64,000 nucleotides of DNA, taken from NCBI GenBank assembly GCA_036785375.1, contig JAWMAR010000189.1:3162001-3226000 (forward strand), read 5' to 3'. Below, one piece after another: positions 11,051 to 23,479 of the stretch (its first letter is position 1; every line of letters begins with the position of its first letter). The translations under genes were made by a program, and so were the position numbers. The notes below the pieces were generated by a model. It made no database searches. It was given only the letters and a program-made list of their open reading frames with translations, and was not told where the DNA came from. Origin of the DNA: Leucoraja ocellata. Lineage: Eukaryota.

Positions 11051-11976
11051 AGCAAGGAAGTGAAGATGCTAGCTAAAACACAAAATGACACAAAGTGCTG
11101 GAGTAACTCAGCAGGTCAGGCAGCATCTCTGGAGAACATGGAAAGGTGATGTTTTGGGTTGACTTTGAGACCTCTGTGTCCTAGGAGGTAGCTGATGGGT
11201 GGAATGTTTCTGTTCTTCAGAATTGAGATGGAAACCGGTCCCCCTCAATGCTCGAGAGAGTGCCAGACAAGAAAACACCACAAAACAAGTGGTGAACCGG
11301 CTAATGGCTGGGACGTTCCAAGGGCTGGTGTAAGTGTAATTCTCCTCCTCATGTTACCGTTGATGTTGGACACGTGTATGCGCCTTGCAGGAAGGAGGTA
11401 GTAAAGTACGGTTCAACGTCTCGGCCTCTTGTGGAGGTCCTCCATGATTCCACATCCAGGCGTTAGACCTGGATTGTAGCTGTCCTGGGGGATTTAGGGG
11501 AGGGGAGGGAGGTGGGGGTGGAAGGTTTACCTGAGATACACTGCAGGCTGCATTTACACACAATGGGATCTCTGCAAGTTATGGATTTATTGGGATACCT
11601 ACAGCTAATAGGGAGTCCGAACGAGGCTGATAGGAGGATCTGTGACAAAATGCAAAAATAATTCATTCTGGATGGGTTTAAAGGGAATTAGGCCAATCTG
11701 ACCTGGGTAATTAGAGAATAATATAACTGTTCAAACTGGATGAACAATGAACAGAAATGGGACAATTAGCCGTGCACGTGTATGTATTGACTCCGGCACC
11801 GGGCACTTAAGTAAGAATGACCCAAATTGCACGTTTCACAGCGTAGGTTACAGGGTGGAAATGAGAGAATAACACATGTTACAAGAGCTGCCGCCTAAAG
11901 TGCTTGTTTATCTGTTTGGCCTCAACGAGAACATTTTCTGAGCCTGGCAAAAAAAAACGATCTTTAGAATTTATTT

Positions 11977-12101
11977 AAGAAGGAACTGCAGATGCTGGAA
12001 AATCGAAGGTAGACAAAAATGCTGGAGAAACTCAGCGGGTGCAGCAGCATCTATGGAGCAAAGGAAATGGGCGACGTTTCGGGTCGAGACCCTTCTTCAG
12101 G
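11977..12101 (-). mobile_element. Penelope-derived repeat with intact hammerhead core
   Basis: gacgtttcgggtcgagacccttcttcag. Confidence 0.85.
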
Positions 12102-12389
12102 ATTTATTTTTGACGATCAGGGCGTTGCAAGAAACGGCGGCGTTTCTACCCAACACCCTCATTTCTCTTGAAAAGTGGGTGCCCTATTTTCTTGAACTGC
12201 TGCAGTTCCTTCAGTTAGTCAACCCCGCACAGCTGAGGGGCAAGCACTTGTACAATTCCGAGCCCATCAACAATGAAGGGGCCCATCAGCAATGAAGGAC
12301 CACATGGGCCAATGTAAACCTCCTTGCTGTAATAAAAATGGGCTTCATAGGAGAGTCGTTGCACAATAACACAGGGTCAGTTGGTGAGA

Positions 12390-12598
12390 TGTGAGGAGAA
12401 GGCGGAGGAGACTAAGTCAATGGATGTTTTTAAGGTGGAGATTGATAGGTTGTTGATTAGTACGGGTGTCAGGGGTTCTGGGGTAAAGGCAGAAGAAATG
12501 GGTTGAGAGGGAAAGATAGATCAGTCATGTTTGAATGGTGGAGTAGACTTGATGGGTTGAGTGGCCTAACTCTGCTCTTATGACCTGGGAACCTTATG
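12390..12598 (+). mobile_element. CR1 3' end
   Basis: tttttaaggtggagattgatagg...ttgaatggtggagtagacttgatggg. Confidence 0.8.
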
Positions 12599-12924
12599 AG
12601 AGAGAGTATCTAAGAGGTGAATTGTAAGGAGCACCTTGAAGCAGGGGAGGTGTAAGGATGGAATTCCAATGATAATTGAAGGCATAAGCAGTAGCAACAG
12701 GAGAATTGAAATCAGGAAATCAAGGGTGGCTTTAGATGACAAGAAAGTGTCTGTGTGACGGGCCTGGTTGGTGACGTGAAGCCATCTGAAAGTGAAGCAT
12801 CTGCTGCGACGAATCAGGGGAGGTAGAAGGTGGGGAATAATTACCAAACAAATAGACCGGTGAGATGGAACCATGGAAAACAATTGCTGCGTTAAATGCC
12901 TTCAAATCCAAGTCATTTGCAGAA

Positions 12925-13165
12925 CAGTTTAGTTTTGTTTAGAGATGTCCTGCATGGAAACAGGCCCTTCGGCCCACCGAGTCCGCACCAACCAGATATC
13001 CCCGCTCATTAACACTACCCTATGTACATTAATACCAAGGCAATTAACCAACAAACCTGTTCGCCTCATGGAGTGTTCCCCCTAGTGTGCAGGACATAGA
13101 ACTAGTGTACGGGCATTCGATGGATGGCTGGGCTGAAGGGCCTGTTTCCACGCTGTATCTCTAAC
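12925..13165. mobile_element. Two HE1 3' halves in opposite orientation
   Basis: aaacaggcccttcggccc (minus) and gggctgaagggcctgtttcc (plus). Confidence 0.75.
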
Positions 13166-13893
13166 TTAAAAGCACACTAAATGAAACGTTTTCTCGCACT
13201 GACGATACGTGGAGATACGAGTGGTAGCGGAGAGAGTTAATTGTCACAGGTTTGTGGGTGGGAATGAGCTTGCCATATCAGTGGTGAGCCCAGGTCTTCT
13301 CACAACTCCAACCAAGGAAGGGGAACTTTGAGACAAATCAATTAGACCGAGACTTGCCCATATCATATTCCGCTCTGAGACTTTGCAGCTATTCCCAGCC
13401 TTGGGCACGCAGCCACACAGCAGTCAGGGAGAGAATGGCACCTCTCACACAATCAGCCCATCCGCACGACAATATCCCCAGATTCAATCACGCTCTTTGT
13501 CTCTTCGACAATTAAAAGGTGAATGCCACACAGTGTAATAACATGCATGCAACGTCGGAAAAACATTCTAAAGCCTTTCGTGGGAACATTGACAAACAAA
13601 AATAATTGACCGTCACATAACAAGACTTTGGGGAAAATGGGCCAAGCTTTGATGTCAGGATAATGTCATTACAAAGGCAGGCACGGGCAAGATCGCAGAG
13701 AATATTGAAAACAAGACGAGATTTAAAAAAAATCAAAATATTACGGTCATTTTGAAGGAGCAGATGCTCATATTCTTGTACAATTGAAGGATGCCATTTG
13801 GCCCATCAAGCTTCTGCTAGCTCTCCGAGGCAATCCATTCGGTGCTGTTCCTCTCCAACAAAATTTTCACATATGCCCACCAACTCTCCCCAA

Positions 13894-14241
13894 CTTCGAA
13901 ATTAAACCGATTTACAGGCAGGGTGATGGGTGTGGTGAGAACCGAAGTAGGTGTATCAACACGTTTTGGTCTTTTTTTTTTTTTCTTTTTATTATTTTTC
14001 GTTTTTGTCTTTTTATTTTTATTTTTTTTCAGTTTTTACTTATTCATTCTGCGACCACACTCTTTGGTGGTTTAGGCGTTTACATGTTCACTAGCTCTTT
14101 CTCTCTTTCTTGCTCTTTTTCTCTCTTTCTATTTCATTTTTGTCAAAATTAAAATGGAAGATGTACAATAAAAGCATTTTGTCGTATGCCGCGGTTTATA
14201 CTACTGTACACTGCTTCTAATAAAAATATTATTTAAAAAAA
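13894..14241 (+). mobile_element. 5'-truncated poly(A)-tailed LINE (L1/Tx1-like 3' end)
   Basis: T-rich UTR, AATAAA plus A tail, 12-bp TSD AACTCTCCCCAA at 13882-13893 and 14242-14253. Confidence 0.8.
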
Positions 14242-14489
14242 AACTCTCCCCAATCCGCCCGCAACCCACTTACAGCGAGGAGACAACTAACGCATATGTA
14301 CATCGCCTGGGACGTGGACGGAGACTGGTGAACTCTGGGGAAAGTCCACGTGGTCACGGGGAGAAAGTGCAAGGTCCACGTGAGACGGCATCCGAGATCA
14401 GGATCGAACCCAGGTTGCCGGGGCCGTGAGGCAGCGGAAGAAATCGAAGCAGGAAAAGAGAGGGAATGAGGATTAGGAAGAAGATTAAC

Positions 14490-14790
14490 GTGGCACGGTG
14501 GCGTAGCGGTAGAGTTGCTGCCTTATGGCGCCAGAGACCCGGATTCGAACCTGACTACGTGTGCTGTCCGTACACGTTCTTCCCGTGACCTGCGCGGGTT
14601 TTCTCCAGGATGTCCGATTTCCTCCAACACTCCAAAAACGCACGAGTTTATAATAGGTTAATAGGTTAGGTATAATTGTAAATTGTCCCTAGTGTGCAGT
14701 ATATTGCTAGTGTACAGCGGTCGCTGGTCGGCACGGACTCAGTGGGCTGAAGGGCCTGTTCCCGCGCTGTATTTCTAAACTAAACTTAAC
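14490..14790 (+). mobile_element. HE1-type V-SINE, full length
   Basis: gtggcacggtggcgtagcggtagag...ctgtatttctaaactaaact. Confidence 0.9.
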
Positions 14791-14799
14791 TGAATGAGA

Positions 14800-15045
14800 A
14801 GCTGCAAAGACACAGCAGGGGGATTCAAACCGGGTTACGAAGAGGCCAGGTTGCAGATATAGAGGTTGTGAGAGAAGTGGAGGTTACAAAGGTAGGAATG
14901 AGCAAGATGACAACGCACTTTGAAAACAGGATGAGAATTTTAAAATCAAAGTGGAACCAATAAAGATTAATCAGCACAAAGGTAGATGGGACTGGGTTCA
15001 GGATGAGCAATGGCAGCCAGCGAGGATTGTGTGGAAATACTGTAG
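14800..15045 (-). mobile_element. Ancient L2-like relic (further pieces at about 12600-12880, 15740-15900, 16660-16830)
   Basis: aggatgagaattttaaaatc is the reverse of xFKILIL, typical of the L2 ORF2 C-terminus; degenerate. Confidence 0.5.
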
Positions 15046-15147
15046 TTATATCTGGATTATAAAGGTATTTATAATCCAGATATTTATTCAGGTATTTATA
15101 ATCCAGATTATAATCCAGGTATTTATAATCCAGACCTCACCAGGGAC

Positions 15148-15728
15148 TTGGTGAGACCACACCTGGAGTATTGCGTGCAGTTTTGGTCTCCAAATCTGAG
15201 GAAGGACATTATTGCCATAGAGGGAGTGCAGAGAAGGTTCACCAGACTGATTCCTGGGATGTCAGGACTGTCTTATGAAGAAAGACTGGATAGACTTGGT
15301 TTATACTCTCTAGAATTTAGGAGATTGAGAGGGGATCTTATAGAAACTTACAAAATTCTTAAGGGGTTGGACAGGCTAGATGCAGGAAGATTGTTCCCGA
15401 TGTTGGGGAAGTCCAGGACAAGGGGTCACAGCTTAAGGATAAGGGGGAAATCCTTTAAAACCGAGATGAGGAGAACTTTTTTCACACAGAGAGTGGTGAA
15501 TCTCTGGAACTCTCTGCCACAGAGGGTAGTTGAGGCCAGTTCATTGGCTATATTTAAGAGGGAGTTAGATGTGGCCCTTGTGGCTAAAGGGGTCAGGGGG
15601 TATGGAGAGAAGGCAGGTACAGGATACTGAGTTGGATGATCAGCCATGATCATATTGAATGGCGGTGCAGGCTCGAAGGGCCGAATGGCCTACTCCTGCA
15701 CCTAATTTCTATGTTTCTATGTTTCTAT
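15148..15728 (+). mobile_element. Young 5'-truncated CR1 LINE with open ORF2 C-terminus (15148-15630)
   Basis: LVRPHLEYCVQFWSP...QRRFTRLIPG..LSYEERL..LGLYSLEFRRLRGDLIE..FFTQRVVNLWNSLP; (ctatgttt)n tail. Confidence 0.97.
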
Positions 15729-15904
15729 TAATAAAGGCTTCAGCTCAGGATGATGTGGGTAGACGTGGAAGATGTTACAGAAGTGGAAATGGATGGCCTG
15801 GCTCATGACATAGACAGAAGTTCTAACATTTATTTGGGATAAATATGACTCCAAGGCATATCTGGACCTCAGTCCATTGGAGAGAGTCCCTGGGCAGCAG
15901 GATG

Positions 15905-16060
15905 GAAACATAGAAAAATAGAAATTAGGTGCAGGAGTAGGCCATTCGGCCCTTCGAGCCTGCACCGCCATTCAATATGATCATGGCTGATCATCCGACT
16001 CAGTATCCCGTACCTGCCTTCTCTCCATACCCTCTGATCCCTTTAGCCGCAAGGGCCATA
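15905..16060 (-). mobile_element. CR1 3' end, inverted relative to 15574-15720
   Basis: near-perfect reverse complement of the upstream CR1 3'UTR. Confidence 0.9.
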
Positions 16061-16189
16061 TTTGTTGTGAAGGAAGCTGAACCTGTGTGGAGAGATGATT
16101 CACTAAGGGCACTGCAAGAGATCCAATACCTGACAGAGATCAGCAGCCATATCTGACTCATGAAACAGTGTCCGTAAGGAACCGAAGAT

Positions 16190-16372
16190 GGACACAAAAA
16201 CCTGGAGTAACTCAGCAGGTTGTGCGGCACCTTTGGCAAAAAGGAATAGGTGGCGTTTTGTGTCGAGACCCAAAGAAGAAAGGTCTGAAGAAGGGTCTCG
16301 ACCTGAAACGTCACCTATTCCTTTTCACCAGAGATGCTGCCTGAATCGCTGAGATACTCCAGCTATTGGTGT
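16190..16372. mobile_element. Head-to-head Penelope repeats; plus copy with hammerhead motif at 16281-16316
   Basis: aggt-ctgaaga-agggtctcgacct-gaaacgtc-acct. Confidence 0.85.
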
Positions 16373-16431
16373 CTTACATTCATTGTGATGGGGAAGGAAA
16401 GCTTTAGTTTATGCCTCTCCAGTGGTTCATT

Positions 16432-16648
16432 GTCTGTGGAATTCTCTGCCTCAGAGGGCGGTGGAGGCAGGTTCTCTGGATGCTTTCAAGAGAGAGCTAG
16501 ATAGGGCTCTTAAAAACAGCAGAGTCAGGGGATATGGGGAGAAGGTAGGAACGGGGTACTGATTGTGGATGATCAGCCATGATCACAATGAATGGCGGTG
16601 CTGCCTTGAAGGGCCGAATGGCCTACTCCTGCACCTATTGTCTATTGT
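16432..16648 (+). mobile_element. CR1 3' end (ctattgt tail subfamily)
   Basis: gtctgtggaattctctgcctcagagggcggtggagg...cctattgtctattgt. Confidence 0.85.
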
Positions 16649-17249
16649 AGGACATTTCTGCTGAAACAGTGTTGGATATCAGACAGTTAAACATGTTGGT
16701 ACACAAGAGATGCTGGTGTGATAGAGCATTGTCATCAGTCATCTATATAAAAACACTTGAGTAGGAAGGAGAAACATAGTAGATGGCATTGTGAATGGAT
16801 GCAGGGTATTTATAAGATCATCAGGAAGGGGTTGATTACAGACAGTGTTTCATGAGTCAGATATGGCTGCTGATCTCTGTCAGGTATTGGATCTCTTGGA
16901 GTGCCTTTAGGGAATCATCTCTCCACATGGGTTCAGCTCACAAACCCAAAGGCTCTCTGCACAGCAAAGCAGTTGATGCGTTGGTTTCACATTGACCTCA
17001 GTTTGGCTGGACTAAATGATGGATGTATGTAAAGCTGTATTTGCGAGCAGTCACAACAGCACCACAGGGAGCCGCTGACTACACCAGGACTGGTTTCAAA
17101 TTCCACTCACACCTTGCTTGGCCTTGCAGCTTTTATTATTTCCTTTAATTTGTTCAAAGCACATGGACAACCTTTATTGTCCATTACTAATTACATTGAA
17201 CCTAGAGGTTTGCTTATCTGCTTCACGGCAGCTGAGATTCATACTCATA

Positions 17250-17733
17250 GAGTCTTACAGTGTGAAAACAGGCCCTTCAGCCAACGTGTCCCACCTACAC
17301 TAGTCCCACCTGCCTGTGTTTAGCCCATATCCCTCTAAACATGTCCCATCTACCTGTCCAAATGTTTCTTAAATGTTGCTGTACTACCTGCAAGAGAGAG
17401 TTAGTTAGAACTCGTTAAGATAGCAGAATCAAAGGATATGGGGAGAAGGCAGGAACGGGGTACTGATTGTGAATGATCAGCCATGATCACAGTGAATGGC
17501 GGTGCTTTCTCGAAGGGCCGAATGGCCTAGTCCTGCCCCTATTGTCTATTGTCTGCCTCAACTACCCCCTCCGGCAGCTTGATCCATACACCCACCACCC
17601 TTTGTGTGAAAAAGTTACCCCTCAGGTTCCTATTAAATCTTTCCCCCCTCACATTAAACCTATGCCCTCTGGTTCTCGATTCCCCTACTCTGGGCAAGAG
17701 ACTCTGTGCATCTACCCGATCTATTCCTCTCAT
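17250..17733. mobile_element. HER1-type fragment (minus) with a nested CR1 3' end (plus, about 17390-17552)
   Basis: minus ORF GESRTRGHRFNVRGERFNRNLRGNFFTQRVVGVW. Confidence 0.85.
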
Positions 17734-18079
17734 GTCTTTGTGGACAGTCGATCACATGTTTCCAGGTCTGGAGTCACATACGTCAGAAACTAGGGGAGGA
17801 TTGTAAATGTCCTTCCTTTACAGATATAATAATGCATCAAATAGGTTCAAACGATAATCCCAATAGTTTCATGGCCACCATTGTCGAGACTCGCTCTTTC
17901 TTCAATTGAAAATGTCTTCATGCTGGGATTTAATTTAATGATCTCTGGGTCACTCTTCGAGCAGCTGGACTATTAGCCAGTAACCAAAATGGCAACATTT
18001 TATCCTGCTGAATAAGTAAACTGAGCCCAAGATGGGAATTAGTGCCGTTCCCTTGGCTTGTATCCACTTCACAGAGCAC

Positions 18080-18350
18080 TTTAGACTTTAGAGATACAGC
18101 GTGGAAACAGGCCCTTCGGCCCGCCGAGTCCATGCCAACCATCGATAACCCCGTGTACTAACTTTATCCTATACACTAGGGACAACTTACAATTTTTACC
18201 AAAGCCAATTAATCTGCAAACCTATATGTCTTTGGAGTGTGGGAGGAAGCTGGAGCTCCCGGAGAAAACCCAAGTGGTCACAGTGGGAACGTGCAAACTC
18301 CACGCGAACAGCGAATCTACCAGCTGCGCTACTGCACACCACCACCCCGT
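18080..18350 (-). mobile_element. HE1-type V-SINE
   Basis: ctttagagatacagcgtggaaacaggcccttcggccc. Confidence 0.85.
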
Positions 18351-19109
18351 GCCTTTACAATCCAACGATTCTGATTATTTTCAATATTCCCGAGATTTCA
18401 CGACCCCCAAAAAAACCCCATGAGGTTGCAAAGTGAATCTGATTGAATAAAGTTCCTTTCGTTGCAAACTCGCCAGACCGGGAGGAGCCAATTCACGCTC
18501 GGATAACCTTGCACAGTTTCTGGTGGCGAGAAGCCAACAGGTTAACAAGAGAAAGAGCATTTCATGCGGCTGACAAATCCCCCAAACCTCTCCGTTCTTT
18601 CCTCAAGTTTCTGTCGAGCTGAGAGTCTGGAAGTTGGTGACCTCCAGAGTGACCTCAGCCAGCCTAGAACTAGTCACCACACACGTTACAAATAGTCAGC
18701 TCTCGGCTTGCCTTCCAGGACAGTCTCCACCCCTGGAGGCCTGGCAGCAAAGATCTACGTTTTCAATTGACACCAACTAAATGATTCATCAGGCCTGAAG
18801 AGCTTTCCTCACGGTGCAGACAGCAGCCGAGGCAACAGGATCTCCTTGGCTTGCCTGGGCGCTCCGACAACTATCCCAATCGATGCTCTCTGCAGCTCCG
18901 TGGCTGGAGTCAAGTTTCGAGGAGCAAAAAGCCAGGACAGAGACCTCATGAAATCCATCCACACACCTTGGCACCGTGCCCAAGAGCAGGAATCTAACAC
19001 CACACTCTGCCCACAACCCTGAATCAAGCCTGCTTCTTTCTTGACTCATTGCCAGCCCAGGTCCCCTCCTGCAAGATGAAAGCACACAACTGCAATTTCT
19101 TCAGTACTG

Positions 19110-19716
19110 ATGTTGTCAAGCCAGAAAGGTTACAGCAAAGATTTACAAGGAGGCCAGGACTCAAGGGTCTGAGGTGATAGGGAGCAGTTGAGCAGGCTAG
19201 GACTCTATTCCTTGGAGCGCAGGAGGATGATGTGCATTCGAAAAGAGGTGTACAAAATTATGGGAGGAATAGGTCGGGTATATGCGCAGAGTCTCTTGCC
19301 AGAGTAGAGGAAATCGAGAATCAGAGGACATAGGTTTAAGGTGACGGGAGCAGATTTAATAGGAACCTGAGGGGTAACATATTTACACAAAGGGTGGTGG
19401 GTGTATGGAACGAACTGCCAGAGGAGGTAGTTGAGGCAGGTACTATTCCAAATTTTAAGAAGCAGTTAAGGCAGGTACATGGATAGGACAGGCTTGGAGG
19501 GATAGAAACATAGAAACATAGAAATTAGGTGCAGGAGTAGGCCATTCGGCCCTTCGAGCCTGCACCGCCATTCAATATGATCATGGCTGATCATCCAACT
19601 CAGTATCCCGTACCTGCCAAATGGGCCAGACGCTGGCAGGTGGGACTAGTGTAGATGGGACACATTAGCTGGTGTGGGCAAGTTGGGCCGAAGGGCCCTT
19701 TTCCACGTTGTGTGAG
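19110..19716 (+). mobile_element. HER1-type CR1 3' region with a nested minus CR1 tail (19503-19617)
   Basis: ctaggactctattccttggagcgcaggagg; gggtggtgggtgtatggaacgaactgcc. Confidence 0.85.
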
Positions 19717-20504
19717 GTAAACAAGAGGAAAATGTGGAGTAGGTGAAGGAGGAAGGTGGTGAAGAGAAGGAGCGGAATTCCCACTTTGTTCCATGATCCG
19801 GGGCACCAGACCCAGTCAGGTCCTGCTGTCTGGGAGCGAAGGACAGTTCTCAAGAGGGTTAAGAGTGAAGTGTGTTTAATTGTCATGAACAATGCAAATC
19901 TTACATGCTGCAGCACTACAGGCCGATTAGCATGACAAAGAAATACACAATGAACTAAAAAGCAATAAGAGTATAGAGAAATGATCAGCAGATTACTGGG
20001 GAGTAATTGATTATAGATTGTATGTGACTTCCCCGTGCCAATATTCATCCATCAAGATACATTTCAGATACAGATTACGTGTTCAGTATCGCAGGGTGAT
20101 TGGAAAACCTCAAGGCACAGAACACACTTCAAAAAATACCTCATTGGATGCAAGACTCTTCAGAATCAAGCAAGGTCATGAATTAATACGGTTCTTTCTT
20201 CATGTTCATCAGCCAATAACGCAGGCATAAAGGTTCAACATAATCTGACTGCTTTTCTTACATTTCATTTCCAAAATATCAGGTTTTCATAAGTGATTGG
20301 AGCAGAATTAGGCCATTCGGCCCATCAGGTCTACTCTGCCATTCAATCATGGCTGAACTGCCTTTCCCTCTCGACCCCATTCTCCTGCCTTCACCCCATA
20401 GCCCCTGACTCCCATACTAATCAATAATCAATTTCCCGATCTTTCTTGGTGACTGGGGGGGAATTTTGGGGATGGAGGAGGTGGGGCTATTGGTGGGGCA
20501 ACAG

Positions 20505-20955
20505 AGTGGCACAGCGGTAGAGTTGCTGCCTCACAGCGCCAGAGACCTGGGTTTGATCCTGTGTACGGGTGCTGTCTGTACGGAGTTTGTACGTTCTCCC
20601 CGTGACCTGCGTGGGTTTTCTCTGAGACCTTCGGTTTCCTCCCACACTCCAAAGATGTACAGGTTTGTAGGCGTATTGGCCTGGTATAATTGTAAATTAT
20701 CCCAAGTGTGTATAGACTAGCTTTCGTATGTGGGGATTGCTGGCTGGCACGGATTCGATGGGCCGAAGGTCTTGTTTCCGCGCTGTATCTCTAAACTAAA
20801 CTAAATCTAAACTCTAAAGCCAGACAGGTTTTGTAGGTTAATTGGGTTTGGTGAAATTGTAAATTGTCCCTGCTGTGTAGGCTAGTGTAGCGGGTGATCG
20901 CTGGTCGGCGTGGACTGAATGGGTCAAAGGGCCTGCTCTGCACTGTATCTCTAAA
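20505..20955 (+). mobile_element. HE1 SINE plus tandem second 3' half (20822-20955)
   Basis: A/B boxes; two ctgtatctctaaac ends. Confidence 0.85.
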
Positions 20956-21832
20956 CATAAGCACTTTCCCCAACTGTTGATAAACATTAAATACATAAGA
21001 ACATACGCAGGGGAGGCCATTCGGCCCATAATTCCTGTTCCACCATCCAATCCGATCAGAACTGATCTGTATCTCAGCCCTACTTAACTTAGTTTAGTTT
21101 ATTGTCACGTGTACCGAGGTACAGTGAAAAGATTTTGTCGAGGGCTATTCAGTCAGCGGAAAGACATTACATGATTACAGTCAAGCCATTTACAGTGTAC
21201 AGATGCATGATAAAGGATTTCCCAAATTCCCAACATCAAGTAGCACTTGCTTTCCCTCCCTCTCCATCCCCTTCCCAGTTCTCCCACCAGTCTTACTGTC
21301 TCCGACTACATTTTATCTCTGTCCCGCCCAATCCCCTGACATCAGTCTGAAGCAAAGCAAGAATTTCATTGTCCTATCAGGGACACATGACAATAGACTC
21401 TCTTGAATCTTGAAGAAGGGTCTCGTCCCGAAACGTCACCCATTCCTTCTCTCCACAGATACCGCCTGTCCCGCTGAGTTACTCCAGCGATTTGTGTCCA
21501 TCCCAGATTCCCAAAGTCCCTTGATATCGAATGATTTTTCATCCCGCTTTCAACAAGCAGATGAAAGTCAGGCAGGGTTTGAAGCAGGCAGGTGATCTCT
21601 CCTGCCTCATTACTGCCCAGGCAACCCAATACAACGCGAGCATGTTAAACATTAATCCAGGTGAACTATCCATCACTGCTGCCCTCGAGCCCCAAGCAGG
21701 CATGGAGTGTTGTTTTGACAGAATACAGCCAGTGTACAAGAGGATCACTGGTCACCCACTGACCCACTGGCTACAAATCATCCTCCCCTTCACTGCACAG
21801 CTGCTGCCTAGCACAGCGGCAGTAACGTTGCA

Positions 21833-22285
21833 AGTCATAATAGGAGTAGAATTAGGCCATTCAGCCCATCAAGTCTACTCTGCCATTCTATCTCTCTATC
21901 TCTGTACAGAATCATCTATCTCTCCCTTCTAACCCGACTCTCCTGCTGCTTTCCCATAACCTCTGACACACATAGTAATCAATAATCTATCTATCTCTGC
22001 CTTAAAAATATCACTGACTTGGCCTCCACAGCCTTCTGTGGTAAAGAATTCACAGAATACTTTCTGTGGGAAAGTATTCAACAGATTCACCACCCAGAGG
22101 GTGGTGAATCTGTTGAATTCTTTACCACAGAAGGCTGTGGAGGCCAAGTCAGTGGATATTTTTAAGGCAGATAAATAGATTTTAAGAGATTTCTCCTCAT
22201 CTCCTTCCTAAAAGAACGTCCTTTAATTCTGAGGCTATGACCACTAGTCCTGGACTCTCCCACTAGTGGAAACATCCTCTCCCCA
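21833..22285 (-). mobile_element. CR1 3' end containing an internal fold-back inversion
   Basis: CR1 motifs in both orientations around 22097. Confidence 0.85.
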
Positions 22286-22829
22286 CATCAAGAATTTAAG
22301 TCAAGAGTGTTTTATTGTCGTATGTTCCGGACGGGACGATCAGCAGTTATGGAAGGAGTTGTATCGAGACTCACGTGTTGTGGAGCACACACCAGCCGCA
22401 GTGAGGGTCTCCCGATCCCAGGCAATCCGTGCACGTCTTGTACTGCCCACACGCTTCCACGGGGACCCTGGTCAGCTGCAACCAAAGAAAACAGGGAAGA
22501 TTTAGATAAAAAAGGTCAAATCAGCAACGTGGCATCAGGTTATATCTGCAAAGACATCGATAGCCAGACACATACGCAGCATAGAACGTTAAACTGAAAT
22601 GCACTGTGATGCTGGATGAAAGGCCCCAGAGACTGAGTCTGCACCACACAGTGCAAGGCACAGTATCAGAACCAGTAACACAGTGCACGCAACAAAGGCT
22701 TTTCACTGTACCTCGGTACACGTGACAATCAACTAAACTAAACTGAGTGCCGGAACAATACACATTCTGGGCCAGCCAGCCAGCGCCACAGATCCAGAGA
22801 CACAAGGCCCAAGCCAAGGTCCATGCAAC

Positions 22830-23345
22830 AGATCCCGAAGCCCAGACTGAGCCAAGAAGACATCAAGCTGGAAAGGGTGCAGAGAAGATTTGCAAAGAGG
22901 TTGCCAGGACTCGAGGTGCCTGCGCCATAGGGAAAGGTTGGGCAAGCTTGGACTCTATTCCCCCGAGTGCAGGATGATGAGGGGTGATCTTACAGAGGTG
23001 TACAAAATCATGAGTGGAATAGATCAGGCAGATGCACAGTCTCTTGCCCAGAAGCAGAGGACATAGATTTAAGGTGAAGGGGGAAATATTTCATAGGAAT
23101 CTGAGGGGTAACTTTTTCACACAAAGGGTGGTCGGTGTATGGAACGAGCTGCCCGAGGAGGTAGTTGAGGCAGGTACTATCGCAATGTTTAAGAAACATT
23201 TAGACAGGTACATGGATAGGATGGGTTTGGAGGGATATGGACCAAATGCAGGCAGGTGGGACTAGTGTAGAAGGGCCATGTTGGCCGGTGTGGGCAAGTT
23301 GGGCCGTAGGGCCTTTTTCCATGCTGTAAGCCCCGATGACTCTAT
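22830..23345 (+). mobile_element. HER1-type CR1 3' region
   Basis: RGHRFKVKGEIFHRNLRGNFFTQRVVGVWNELPEEVVEAG. Confidence 0.9.
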
Positions 23346-23479
23346 TTGAAGTGCCCACGTGATTTGAGAAGCCCACTATCACCCGGGTGCCAAAAACAAG
23401 CAAGCATGCGTGCCTTATTGACAAACCCCGCAGTGCTTCTTGGGATGTAATTAAAGTGAAGGGGGAGATGTGATGTATA

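Noticed and set aside
14490-14570. tRNA-like A/B-box sequences
   Set aside because: They are HE1 SINE heads with no complete cloverleaf
15148-15630. 160-aa ORF as a host gene
   Set aside because: It is the CR1 ORF2 C-terminus of a 5'-truncated copy
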